64,000 nt of DNA, from NCBI GenBank assembly GCA_030704615.1, contig CM060733.1, positions 52,576,001-52,640,000 on the forward strand. Reading direction: 5' to 3'. The stretch is from Takakia lepidozioides (lineage: Eukaryota > Plantae > Bryophyta). Below are positions 13,779-35,466 of this stretch, in pieces (the stretch's first letter is position 1; each line of letters opens with the position of its first letter). The notes under the pieces were generated by a model. It worked only from the letters and a program-made list of their open reading frames with translations. It was not told the DNA's origin and did no database searches. A program made the position numbers and the translations under genes.

Positions 13779-14382
13779 CTGACTAACCCTTAATTCATGC
13801 ACGAATGAAAAATTTCAAAACAAAACTCAAAACAAACTGGAAACTTACAACTGAAACTCAATTGTCCTTAAATGATACTCGTTCATCCATTCACAACTAT
13901 GACAATAAAAATATTTAAAGAGAACCATGTCATACGTAAAGACACAGGCAATACGAGTCACTTCAAAATCAAACCGTTCCCAACAGAACAGACGACATGT
14001 TTCAACAAAATCACAAAACTTTTAGACAACACCAATTCCTTAAAAATGTGTAAGCTTGTGACTGCGAGCCATAACAAACCCTGACTAACCTTTAATTCAT
14101 GCACGAATGAAAAATTTCAGAATAAATTTCGAAACAAACTGGAAACTCACAACTGAAACTCAATTGTCCTTAAATGATACTCTTTCACCCATTCACAACT
14201 ATGACAATAAAAATACTAAAAGAGAACCATGTCATACATAAATACAGGCAATACGAGTCACTTCAAAATCAAACCGTTCCCAACAGATCAGACGACATGT
14301 TTCAACAAAATCACAAATTTTTTAGATAGCACCAATTCCTTAAAAATGTGTAAGCTTGTGACTACGAGCCATAACAAACCCT
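13779..14382. repeat. Direct tandem duplication, 2 x ~302 bp
   Basis: CTGACTAACC..TAATTCATGCACGAATGAAAAATTTC starts at 13779 and again at 14081. The copies differ by scattered substitutions. Confidence 0.92.
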
Positions 14383-15209
14383 GGCCAAAACCAAATTTAG
14401 GAAGACAACGGCTCCGCTAAGGCTTTAGTAAAATTGCTACTGCTGCAAAATGGAAGGGCTGAACTCTAAAATGCTAAAAAACAACTTGATTTACAAAGCA
14501 ACACTACGTACTACTCAAACCCTCAAAACCCTACCCTCCTTTAGGCTCAGAAATGTACATGCGACCTTCATCCTCGAACGACCATTGAAAATTTACTAGA
14601 CACTTTAACAACACACTCAGGGCCCAACTGTCATAGAACACTCAAACTACTGGCCACGACGGAAAGAAAGTTTGATGTCCAACATACAACCAAACCGTAT
14701 CAAACAAAAATGATATGCAGAAACAATCCCCGCCGACAACACTTCAATATCCCCCTAAACTCCAACACACGCAACCAAACAACCAAGCAAAACAAACACA
14801 CAGGCAGACAGATAGCCGCTCAAACACCCTCACAAGCAAAGACCACAACTGAAAAACCGAACCTACACAGCCATACCAACGAGCCAAAACCAAACCTACA
14901 TTAACCCCTAAAAATTGAAAACCCAAAAAACGCACGCACGTACCCTAAACCTTAACAATCATCACAAACCAACGCAAAACCACCACCGCCGACAGCACCA
15001 CACCAACTGTCCGCCAACCACTCTCTCACTCACACACACACAATCCACAAACGGCAAATTGAGAGCGAAAGCTAGAAATAAAAAAGAGCTACAATTAAGC
15101 TCAGAGATGGGAGGGTGTCGAAGCGGGTGAATGGTTTGACAAGCTCCAAGTACACTATATCTTCCAAAGCAATCCAAAGGTTTTCTAATATGTCAAAACA
15201 AGTTCATTC

Positions 15210-16264
15210 AACCATGTTGGATGTGGTTGTGGGTTCAAACCAGTGTTGCCGTGGTATATAGGGTCTGGCCGGATATCAACCAGGGTATTGAATAACCGAC
15301 CCAATTGGTATTGGCTTTTGTAATACTATGGTTAATAACCGACCCAGCTGATATTGACAATTCCATACTATGGTTGATAACTGGACTGGCTGGTATTGCC
15401 AAGACAATACCCGGACCTGTACTATGGCAAAAAACAAGGACTATACCATGGTATGAATAAGAAATTAGGCAGGTGCACATGATGTCAAGGATCAAGATAA
15501 GAAAGTACACATGTGAGGGAAGGCATCTCCAGCCCCAAGAGCCCGCCACTATTATTCATTTCTTAGCACATGTAGGGCGGGCCCGCCGCTATTCTTTTTT
15601 ATTATGTAATGCAAAGTTTGAATTTGCAACATAACAATTAGTTTATTTGTTATTCAGTGTTTGGGTTCCATTGTTTATTCAGTGGAACCCAAACTCTCGC
15701 TGATGTCTTCCACTATGAAATAAAAAATGCTTGGCAACCTACCAGGCCTTCACCCTTAAACAATCGCTAAAACATTAATTGTTATTCTTGGTTTCTGGAT
15801 TTATTCCTCTCTCATGTTTTCTTCCATTTTGTCCCATAAGCTCTATGAGCTTTCCGTGGACATTATAAGGCACCATTTGATTTGATTTGATTTGTTAAAT
15901 CAAGTGAAATATTCTAAATTCAATTAAAGACAAATTAAATTAAAGACATACTAATTATTTAATGGTTATTTTAATTTTAATCTTAATCATCTATATCCAT
16001 ACCATCTTACCATATAACCATCTTCCACTATGGAACCAGCTGATATTGAAAATTATTATTTTTTCAATACCCGGACCTAGCTGGTACTAAAAAAAATAAT
16101 ACCCGCCCAACATTGGTTCAAACCACGGTTTGGTGTGTCCATTCACTGGAAGGCAATAGCCCTTGTAGTGAAGAGACACCATAAGTTATGCTCCCTTCAG
16201 GAGGCGTCATACTTTGAGCCACATGTTATGCTCCCTTCAGGAGGCGTCATACTTTGAGCCACAT
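15210..16264 (+). mobile_element. tRNA-derived SINE copy interrupted by the hAT insertion
   Basis: GTTGGATGTGGTTGTGGGTTCAAAC|CACGG..GGTGTGTCCA..GAAGGCAATAGCC..AAGAGACACCATAA is homologous to 16340-16520. A 40-bp tandem duplication lies at 16185-16264. Confidence 0.7.
15241..16115. mobile_element. Non-autonomous hAT element, 875 bp, 8-bp TSD
   Basis: Perfect TSD GTTCAAAC at 15233-15240 and 16116-16123. Termini are CAGTGTTGCCGTGGTAT and ATACCCGCCCAACATTG, with subterminal GGTAT/ATACC repeats. Confidence 0.85.
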
Positions 16265-16337
16265 GATGTCACAGACGACGTAGCACCTGCAGTCCACGTC
16301 TGCCTCTATCAAGCCACTAAGTTTTAGGAGAACTATG

Positions 16338-16526
16338 GACAAACCAAGTTGTAGCCCAACGGTAATGGGCACATACCACCTCGGAAGTGGTTGTGGGTTC
16401 AATCCACCCTTGATGTCACAAAGGTGTCCACCTTCCTAGCAGAAGGAAGGCAGTACTCCTTTGAGGCAAAGAGACACCATAATTTACACTTCCTTGGGGA
16501 GGCGTCAAATATTAAATATTATTAGG
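16338..16526 (+). mobile_element. tRNA-derived SINE, apparently full length
   Basis: A-box-like TAGCCCAACGGTA (~16352), B-box GGTTCAATCC (~16396) and an AT-rich tail. Candidate TSD AGGAGAACTATG/AGGAGAACTCTG at 16326-16337 and 16527-16538. Confidence 0.7.
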
Positions 16527-17886
16527 AGGAGAACTCTGCTCCAGTCCAAGCAATATATTTATGTATTGTAGGTGCCTTTGCTGTCTGATGTTTAATTAAA
16601 TCGAAAATAGGATGCTGAAAAAAAAAACAAAAATAACTTACCATTTCAAAGTGTTGTTTTCTAGATATTTGATCCCATTACCATTCTTACATGATATTTC
16701 TATTCATTTCAAGATAGTTCAAGTTCCCAATTTACGTTTTAAAAGGGGCCTGCTTGCAGAGCTCACCATTCTCATGCCTCGGATTGTTGTTGCTTGTTGA
16801 ACGACTTTTATACACCCATCCCTTAGCTATCCGGGAGAGGATACGGTGAAGGACAAATGCATACTCATTTTTCTGTACAGCGCTGGAACTTTTGACTGAT
16901 TCCTATTCCTTGCTCGCCAAATGCAGCAACCTTTCTGCAACCACCTCCTATTTGAAGTAGCTGCATTCACATATCAACAGAAATGAAAATCCCAGAACCT
17001 TACTGGCAGGCAATCTTAAGTGAGAAGGTGATCATCCACTAGGTCCTGTAAGATGGAGGGCCAGCTTCTATCATCTCTGTGGTGCACTACTGACTTGGGA
17101 AAAGACAAATTTGGCATGTGAAAGGATAATCTTCTAAAGCCAAGTTTTGCTCCGTGCACTAGTTGTGACCATCCAATAGCTGAAAGCGTTGAGATTGATA
17201 AGAGAGCCTAGAATCCAACCAATCTTAGCTCTCTTGAACCAACTCTTGACACAAGTTATAACAAACACCCAAATTCTATGGCTCCCGTCTACAAGGAGAC
17301 TGCAATGTCACCAAGGAATCTCTCATAGGTTAGTTAATGAGGGCTAGACGCCTAGTACATACATGAAACCGATCACATATGGAGATCAAAACTGTGAAAT
17401 GCGGTGATAAAATCAGTATGCTACTGTACTGTCATCAGATTGGGTGGGACTTACCTTGAAGCTCATCCACACCTAAATACCCGCTCCACTCCATCAGTAG
17501 CTTTCAACCTTTTTCTTTGTGAATCTGGGTGCATTTACTTGTCAATGAAACAAGATACACATCTAACCTGCTTTGGCATTGAGTCTCACCTGTTTCACTC
17601 CATTGAAGCAACCAAACACGTTTCTTCCTCACCCCAACACAATCTTCTAACCGGAAGTTGAGTGGAATTATTAGATACAACTGCCGAGGGCAAGCATTTA
17701 GGGACTGAAGGTAGCACTCCCTTCCCCAGCACTCAACTGCAGTCAAGTGCTCAGCCACATTTCTCTAGTCACATTCTCTCAGTCACGGTTCTTTTTTTCC
17801 TGAACACTGACACTGACACGGGCATTCTTTCTATTCCAGAATAATCCAAATCTAGGAATAATCTGAATTTTAGAGCTTTACGACCA

Positions 17887-27364
<9,478 letters not shown>

Positions 27365-27808
27365 AGCACTTTCGTTTCAGACTCATAGATTGCACTCCCT
27401 CAACACATAAAGTCTCTGTAGCTCTAGCTCCCGATCTTCTCCTTCTCCTCTTTCTTCTGCTTCTCTCCTTGTTTCTCGCATACACAAACACCTGACACGG
27501 ACCTCTTTCTCAATCTAGGCACCAAGTTTCCACCCAGGCAAAGTGACTATGTAAGCATCTTCTCACATGAGCACCCACATATCTTCAAGTTCAATTCGCC
27601 GCCCATTTCTGTTCAGACATGCTTGTAAGTCACGAAATGAGTGTTATGGACAATTTTGACTGGGAAAATCGCCCACAGATTTGCATCTTCCAGTGAACAT
27701 ATCCGATGAATCCAGCGTGGTTTCGGCGGAGATCAGTGATCTCTCTAATAAATCACTCGGCCTTCCAGGGGTTGGGCCAAATCCCACGTTGCGGTTTTGA
27801 AGGAATTA

Positions 27809-27817
27809 GGCGGGAAA
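27809..27817 (-). promoter_or_regulatory. Candidate E2F site in the MCM9/ICMT divergent promoter
   Basis: GGCGGGAAA (TTTCCCGCC on the minus strand) lies ~445 bp upstream of the MCM9 ATG. A second, weaker TTTCGGCG is at 27721. Confidence 0.5.
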
Positions 27818-28104
27818 ACAGCAACAACCCTATTCGCTACGACGAAAACCACAATTCGATTCATCGTCTACCCATCCGTTTGTCCACCATGGATCATCTT
27901 ATTATTCGGTCGTCTGTTCACACTCAATCGTATCAATATCTCTCACATTCCCTGTCTGATCGCAAGCTGTAGATGGGTATTTCATGTCATGTCTGCAAGA
28001 ATAACAATTTGTTTGTGAAGGTGAAGAACGAAATTGATGCCCTGTTTCAGAAGACTCGGAATTCGTTGATAGAAGCAGCACATGTAACAGCACTGCACGT
28101 TACA

Positions 28105-31100
28105 ATGGATGTACACTCTAAAATCGAAGCTTGGAGATCAGAAACGGGGATCAAGCAACTATGGTGGATGTTGGGTGCGCTGGTCGTCTTTCATATCTCC
28201 GAGTTTCTGTTGGCGCTTCGGTTTCATGGCCGGCGCACCTCCATCGGCTGTTAGTTCCTTATTTCCCTGGAAGATTCTTTTGTTTATCTGAAGTTTGTAA
28301 TTGTTTGTGCTCCGTTTGCGAGACTCTTTCTTATCATGTATCCTATATCGTAATCCTTTGTAGTTCCGCAAAACTACTTTAATTGTCCTTCAAGCCTTTT
28401 TCTCTCTCAGAAACAGAATATCTTTGTCGTTGTACGCTGTCCATCGTTCTCCAACAGACATAGTCGGCCTCTCTGTCTCCCTCTCTCTCAACTATGAACA
28501 TAGCTGCATCTTCCGAAGAACCTTCCTTCCATGCTTTGATAGATGTGTTAAGAGTGTGTTACTCAAGTAATTTGCACATAAATATACCCCTGGTTAAGGG
28601 AAGATAGTGTGTACGTTCTGCATAGGGGAGGTCTGGGACCATTTGCTTCTTCGTTGAAATAAATTTCTCCATAATCAAGAAATGTGAATGTGGACTAAGC
28701 AAGACTCGAGGGTCGAGAATGGCATTGCCACTATAGACTGTAAGATTTGTTATTTCTATTTATGGTGTTTCTCTTAGCTCTTTTACTTTAGTGATGAAAG
28801 TGGACAGGCTACTATACACTGTAAGCTTTGTTATGCCTAAGTAGGGTGTGTCTCTTAGCCCTTTTAGCAATAGAGCTCACAAATTGCTGGATCATCTTGT
28901 CCCCCATATTTGCAATATGAAATTGAAACTTTTGAAGAATGAGACCTTCTCTCGGGTATGTGTGTGAGCTGTGAGCCCCAACATTTGCTACAGGAAACTG
29001 AATGTTTGAAGCTCAAGACCTTTTCTTCGGAATATAAGTGCTATTAGCCTTATCCTGACCCGGGACCAACGTTGTTCATGGGACTGAGCATATGTGGTCG
29101 TCAAGTTGTAAAACTTAGCAGAACTATAGGGTGTTGGGTGTGGAAAGGCCATCCAAACATACACCAATACATAGAGATGTAGAAACTTCTGCTCTCTCCG
29201 ATGTCCAGAAGATGTTTCGTATTTGCATCATCTCATGAGCGAGAGAAATAGGGCGTCAAATTTTACACTATGTTGGATTGCAGCGTTTCTTATAAGTGGC
29301 CCATACCTGGTAGCATTCACATTTGCCTTGGTGGAGCATGCGATAGAAAGCCAATACACACCGTGGCTAAAGACTCAGCCTTTCATCAGCTACATAGGCT
29401 TGGTGATGGTCGTGGTGGGTGAACTACTGCGCAAGTCTGCCGTTTTGACTGCACATCACAACTTCACACACGATATTAAGAAGTACCATCAGTCAGAGCA
29501 CCAGCTTATCACTCATGGTATCTATAGGTAAGTTTCTTTGTGCTTGAATATGCAATGTTCTCTCTCTCTCTCTCCCCCTATGTTCCCGTCCAAACTGGGC
29601 GCAGGGTCTATGGGCACAAGGCTATGGCAAACAAAAGTCTTATGAGTACATTCTCTCTCTCTCTCTACTGAAGTTAGGCTTTGTATCAAGGTAAGTCGTA
29701 CTACCGGAGTGAGCCCCTCACAAAGGTAGTTTCTGGTCCCTTTTGTTCCACCCAAACTGGGCACGGGGTCTATGCCACAAGGCTACGGCAAACAAAGTCT
29801 TATGAGTACATTCTAATGAAGTTAGGCATAAAACTTCCCTGAACTTGTTTCCAGTCTCTGATATGGGCGAGGACCTTAAGGATGATCTGAAGGGCCTACC
29901 TACTCTCGGCACTAGACTGAAATTTAAACTAAGGGCCAAAAGCCTACCTTTGAACACTAAACAGATGCAGAGAGGAAAGAGAGATTGTAATTGCCCGATG
30001 TGCGGGCAGCCTGAAGACTATCCGTTTCCTGATACATTTTCTGGGATATTCTCACCAGAGAGGGACCCCCTTCAGGACGATCAAGAACATTGTCCCTGCA
30101 CCTCTGTTCACCAACTTTCAAAGTCTTGAGGCTGAGCCTAAAGCCCTGGCCCTCTTGGTCTAACCGCTGGGCAGTTCGCACATGGCAAGTTGATGCTTGT
30201 GTGAAGGGCTAGTTTCTGCTCCCTTTAATTCCGTCCAAACTGGGCGCGGGGTCCATGGCCACAAGGCTATGGCAAACAACATCTTATGAGTACATTCTCT
30301 CTCTGTCTCTCCCTCTGAAACCTTGTGGAGAGATTATCTACGGCTCCGACTTTGGTCATCTGGGATCAAGGGAAAATGGAGAGTGGTCCGTAACGTGTAT
30401 GCTCAAACCAAAAGCTGTGTCACTGTTAATGGACAGAAGTCTAACTTCTTTGACATAGACCACGGTGTAGCTCAAGGATGTACCCTCTCCCCTCTGCTCT
30501 CCAATGTTTTCATCAATCAACTACGCAAGGTTGTGGAAAGTGAGGGACTGGGTTATGGGTGGGTGATGCTACCATACCAGCCCTTATGTTTGCGGATGAC
30601 TCCGCAGGCATAGGGGAGACTCCATCTTCAGCAGTTGATTGATTGCGCAAAGAGATACTTTGACCTTTGGGGGTTAGAGGCTAACGTCAGTAAATGCGCA
30701 GTGGTGGCATTCGACAACCGTGGGGAGGGAGGAGGCAACCTCAAGTGGCAGTGGAGAAGCCAAGAGATTCCTGTCCTCCCTTCCTACACATACCTTGGTA
30801 TTGACTTTCCTCCAACTGTAATTTGGAAGCACGTATACAAAAAGTTGTTCAATCTGGGAAGTGCAAAGCGTTGGGTCTCACTAAATTTTTCCACTGCAGA
30901 GGGATCAACTGTGAAGTCAAAAAACCATGCTTTGCCGCGTTATCAACCCTACCTTGGAGTACGCATCTGCAGTGTGGGTTGATAACTCCAACCAGGCTAA
31001 GTCCCTAGAGCCTATTCAAGTTGGGGTTCTCAAGGAGTGCATGTCAGCATACTCCAAAACAGCTAATGTGGCTGTTTGAGGTGGGTTTGGCATTCCACCC

Positions 31101-33246
31101 TTAAGCTCCCAACGAGAGGAATTCAAGGTTAGATGGTGGGGTCAGCTGCAGTGTATGGAAGAGATTTTCAAGGATCTGAATCTAATTCCGCAAGTCTTCT
31201 TCCCTGACTTTCCAGTCTGTGAGATGGTACTCATTCTCTCCCTCTCAAAATTGGGTGTTTCTCAGTGGCCAAAATTCTACAGAAGCAAAGTACTCTTTTG
31301 TCCTTGTTTTCCTGATTTCTGTTCTCAGGTGCACAGAAAGGTCAACAAGTACACTTAGCAGTAACTTGGAGGAACTAATGCTCAACTCTAACTTAAACCA
31401 TACTACTTGTGAGCCTCTAGGTCAATAAGTGGTACTCCAGGAGTATCCCAAGGGACCTTTAGCAAAGTCGAAAGTGCAACTAAGCCATAGGTACTTTCAA
31501 ACAAGAAAGTAGCAAATGGAACAACATAGTAAATGATCCATGAGGCGAGGTGTCGTAAGCGTCCTTGCGTAGGAGGGATGCCCTTGTCGCAAGTCTCAAA
31601 TAAAGTGTTACCACACTTTTCTCTTTGCTAGTATCATTATGAGTATCAACGGTTAACCCTCCTTGGTCCAAAATTTGGGGTGAGTTCTTGTATCCATTAT
31701 AACTTTAGGCAAAAGTTGGTTTAAAGGCAATCTGGGTTCTTCTGTTTGTATATATCTTAAGTGGCAGCAAAGGGTTCATAGAAGGAATATTTGAAGGCCC
31801 AAAACTGTTTTCAGGGGTGCTTGGCTTTCGCGCTCTCTTGTTCTCCCTACTAACGTGGATGGTCTATATGCCGTAGCAAGCATTCGTTTAAGAGTATGGC
31901 ATTCTATTCATCTACAATTCTTAGACAACAAACTCAATCTAAGGACTTGATTAAATAGCCCTTGTCGTGAAGAATAAAAATGAGGAAGTAAGTCTATTAT
32001 TCTAGATGAGCAAGCCTCTTCACGGATTGCATACATAGTCTTAAGCAAGGCGGGGCTGTAGAATTGCATAGCTATCACCTAGAACTTTAGACATAGTCTT
32101 AGCTATAGTAGGGTACTCAAATAGATTCACTTGTATTAGTGGGACATGCTGCCTTACTTGCATGGAAGCTTACCTCTTAATAGCAAGAATTTGTTGTTAC
32201 AGGTTTGTACGTCACCCTGGCTACTTGGGTTTTTTCATCTGGTCAGTGGGTACTCAGGTGTTGCTTTGCAATCCAGTTTGCACAGTTGGCTATGTTGTTG
32301 TCACATGGCGATTTTTCAACGACCGCATCCCGTATCCTTTCCAACTTCCCTTACCAGAATGTTTGTCACTTGGTCATAAGGCATTCACGATTTACTATTG
32401 GTCTAAACTGCTTTTTCGGGAGGCTCTGATGTCTTTAAACTAGAGTCGTTTTTCTTATTTAGAACTGGTTTTGTCTCCAGAAACAAGAAAAATCACGAGG
32501 GTATATGAACCCTTAGAAATAGGAGGCCCTTGTGTCTTTAACGTAGAGTCTTGTTTTCTTCAGTTCTACCATTTTTCTCCAGAGAAAGACAAACAGTGGA
32601 ATTTAAACCCATCTTGTTGTTACCATAGCCACTTACCAGAGGTTGTACAAACGTTTGGTCATACGAAGTCGTTCTTGCCTGCTATGTCCCTCGACTCCCT
32701 AAGTGGTTCATTCATTGATTCGATATTGTGGCAGAGATGGAGGTTCACTATTGTGGAAGTCACCATCAGTTGAGGAACTGTTTTTGAGTTCTTATGTAAG
32801 GTTTCCGTTTGAGAACCACAGAGCGAGGGCGGAGCCCAAGGTCTGGGTTGAAAAAACCTTGGATAGGCTCGATGAAGGAAACCTTACCCTGCGTGAAGAG
32901 CTGTCATCCCCGGCCGCCCTGGCTCCTGTCAGCTTCTGACATGCAGACATAATCCATATCAGCGGTTGACCTTTACACTTGTAAGGTTACCTTATGGACA
33001 TAAGGTGGCCCTCTGAAGCACACATATTGGATTCTGCCAGGGGACTGTCCCTACAAAAGGAAGGCAATTTTCTGGCAGATCTTTACGTATACGCGAGTGG
33101 TTGGTCTCTGAAGTCTTCATTTTACAGATTGGGTACCTTAACATTTACGATTCAGATATGAGGAATATTTTCTACGACAATTTTTTGGGGAACACTACGA
33201 GGAATATGCACAAAGAGTGCCATCAGGCCTCCCCCTAATAAAGTGA
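28105..33246 (+). CDS. ICMT: Protein-S-isoprenylcysteine O-methyltransferase (ICMT/STE14)
   Basis: Exons 28105-28249, 29284-29527, 32203-32331 and 33156-33246 splice in frame. Motifs: FHISEF, GELLRKSAVLTAHHNFTH, HQLITHGIYRFVRHPGYLGFF, FFNDRIPYEEYFLRQFFG..Y..RVPSGLP. An alternative in-frame ATG is at 27973. Confidence 0.93.
29560..31160 (+). mobile_element. Cluster of RTE-like non-LTR retrotransposon fragments in ICMT intron 2
   Basis: Degraded RT motifs GVAQGCTLSPLL..FIN, MFADD, WGLEANVSKC and YTYLGIDF (30320-31000), a C-terminal CPMC segment, and repeated 3' tails ending TTATGAGTACATT(CT)n. Confidence 0.82.
32332..33155 (+). other. U12 (minor spliceosome) GT-AG intron of ICMT
   Basis: Donor GTATCCTTT. 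Branch site ACCTTAAC at 33135-33142, about 14 nt before the AG. Splicing restores IP-YEE. Confidence 0.9.
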
Positions 33247-33469
33247 TCGTTCTTTGCAGAAGGTCTATTGCATACCCTCTTCTCTAGGACTATTATGTGC
33301 AAAGTCATTTGGTATACATATACGGCCTCTGTCCGAAAGGGGGCAGTAGCCACAAGGTGAAGTGGCTCTTGTTATCCTGGCCATAGTCGGCGTCCTCTCT
33401 CTCTCTTTTCATATGAGCTTTCCGTGGACGTTATAAAGCACCATTTCATTTCATTTCTCTCTTTTCACA

Positions 33470-33835
33470 GACAGTATTCATTTTCTGATGCACTGTCCGG
33501 GGTTCTCTCACTAAAGAGACGCTTTCTTCAAATCTATCAAGGGAATTGTGCCTGTACCCCTGTTTACCAACTTTGAAAGTCTCGAGGCTGAGCCAAAAGC
33601 CCAGGCCCTCCTGAGGCCTAGTTTTTGGGCAAATCACACACAGCAGATTGATGCTTGTGTGAAGGGATTTCTAGAGGATATCTGGAAAACCCGGATTAAT
33701 TCTATATATGAAGGTAAGTCTTACTACCAACGTCAGCCCCTGACAGAGGTAGGTTCTGTCCCTTTTGTTCCCGCTCAAACTGGGCGTGGGGTCAATGGCC
33801 ACAAGGCTACGGCAAACAACGTCTTATGAGTACAA
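33470..33835 (+). mobile_element. 5'-truncated RTE-like LINE 3' end
   Basis: Homologous to 29990-30310 and ends GGCCACAAGGCTACGGCAAACAACGTCTTATGAGTACA. Confidence 0.75.
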
Positions 33836-35466
33836 TCTTTTCATATACAGCAAGGAAGTTTATGCTTGAGCTAGGAGTGCCACAAATGTTACTCAACAAC
33901 ATGGTTTTATTGCCTGACAGGTGAAATGATAATAGTTTTGATGAACATTGGGGTATTGTCATTGAAAGACTGGACACTTGGACAACAAAAGCCACATGCT
34001 TCTTGACCATAATGCTTTTTCCTAGCATAAGCAGAACTTGACATGCAGACATAAGACAATCAAGTCAGGTCAGCCTTGTTTGGATTTCCTGACACTTGTC
34101 ATTGCATTGACATCAGGGCAACCACAATGTGGCAGTGGCTATCTGTTCTCGTAAGCTTTTCTTTTGCTGCAGTAAAGCCACTTCTCTCCTCCAAACATCA
34201 TAAAACTATTACTGGGTGCGGTGCGGTTGGGGTATGTGATCCCCCAATTTCATACTCTGTGTGTTTCCGAAGTCTGCTCGAGTGTTTGGAACACAGCCTG
34301 CAATTTTGGTAGGGTTGCTTGGGCAAAGGTCAAGGAATTTTACTCATTCTGAGATCAGTTGATGCACTGTCTATTGAGATTCACCTGCTCAGCTTATCAG
34401 GTGAGAGAATTTCGAGCTCTTGTGATCTGCAAATGTCGCTGTGATCATTTTTTCTCTCACACCTCTACCAATGTGTCTGCTATAAGTACTTTAAGATTTA
34501 TTGTGATCTACTAACTGAAGGGCATAAAGGCTTTGGGAGTTTTGTCTGCAGCTTTGCTTTGAGGTTCTGAAGGCAGAAGATCAAGTCTTATCAATCATTT
34601 TGACTCCATGTGGGGCTGACTTGGGATTCTTTCACCTAACATTCATTCCCAATCGAAGTTCCCCTAACCTTTGGTGGTCCCGGTTATATTTTGTAAGATT
34701 CCGTTGGTTTTTGGGGTGATGCATGTGACAGCTACAAATATCTAGCAGCTCGCTGCTCTCTACCCGCTCGCTCTCCTTCACCATCAATCAGAGAGAGATC
34801 AGAGATTGGGAAACTTCAAACTTCTTCACTTCAGAATTTTGACATGAGGTCCGCCATACTGTCACCCTTCCTTCTTCTATCAGACGAGTTCCCTTTTTCT
34901 TACAGTCTTATTTTCTCCTTATTTGCTCTACCAACGTACTTGCTTGTAGAATAGCTCAAGGCACCAAGAATGAGCGGACCGTGTACCGTCCGCGCCTAAA
35001 TCCTATCCGCGCCCTTATTCATAGTCTAACCATCATTCAAGTCTAGACCAGCGCATTGTACCACCTCTTTCAGAAAATCAACACTACCAACGAGGCACCC
35101 AATTGCCCTCCTCCAAGAATTGGTGGCTCTAATCATCTTGCCCTTCTGCAAATTCTTAGAAATATTCAGGCTAGAATTCCTACATAATCAAACTTGAATG
35201 CATCGTTTGATTGCATCAAAATAGGGGTGCCATATGATGGGATGGTCCAGGCTTTCTGATTTGTCTCAGATCACCTGCAAGTTCCAGTCCACAGCAGCCC
35301 TTCCTTCCCTCTATTAAAGCAGCACGCCTGAGATCTGTATGGCTGTTCTGCACCGCATGCCGTACGTCACTAGAGATCTTGTCAATAACCCATTTTCACC
35401 CTACAAATGTAACAAGATTTCCTTGCTCAAGTCTCACAGTTTTTGTTCTGGAGAATGTTTCGAAGG

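Noticed and set aside
16700-17886. Extra MCM9 C-terminal exons
   Set aside because: Splice-like signals exist but the frames contain stops. I treat it as 3' UTR or an eroded extension pending transcripts.
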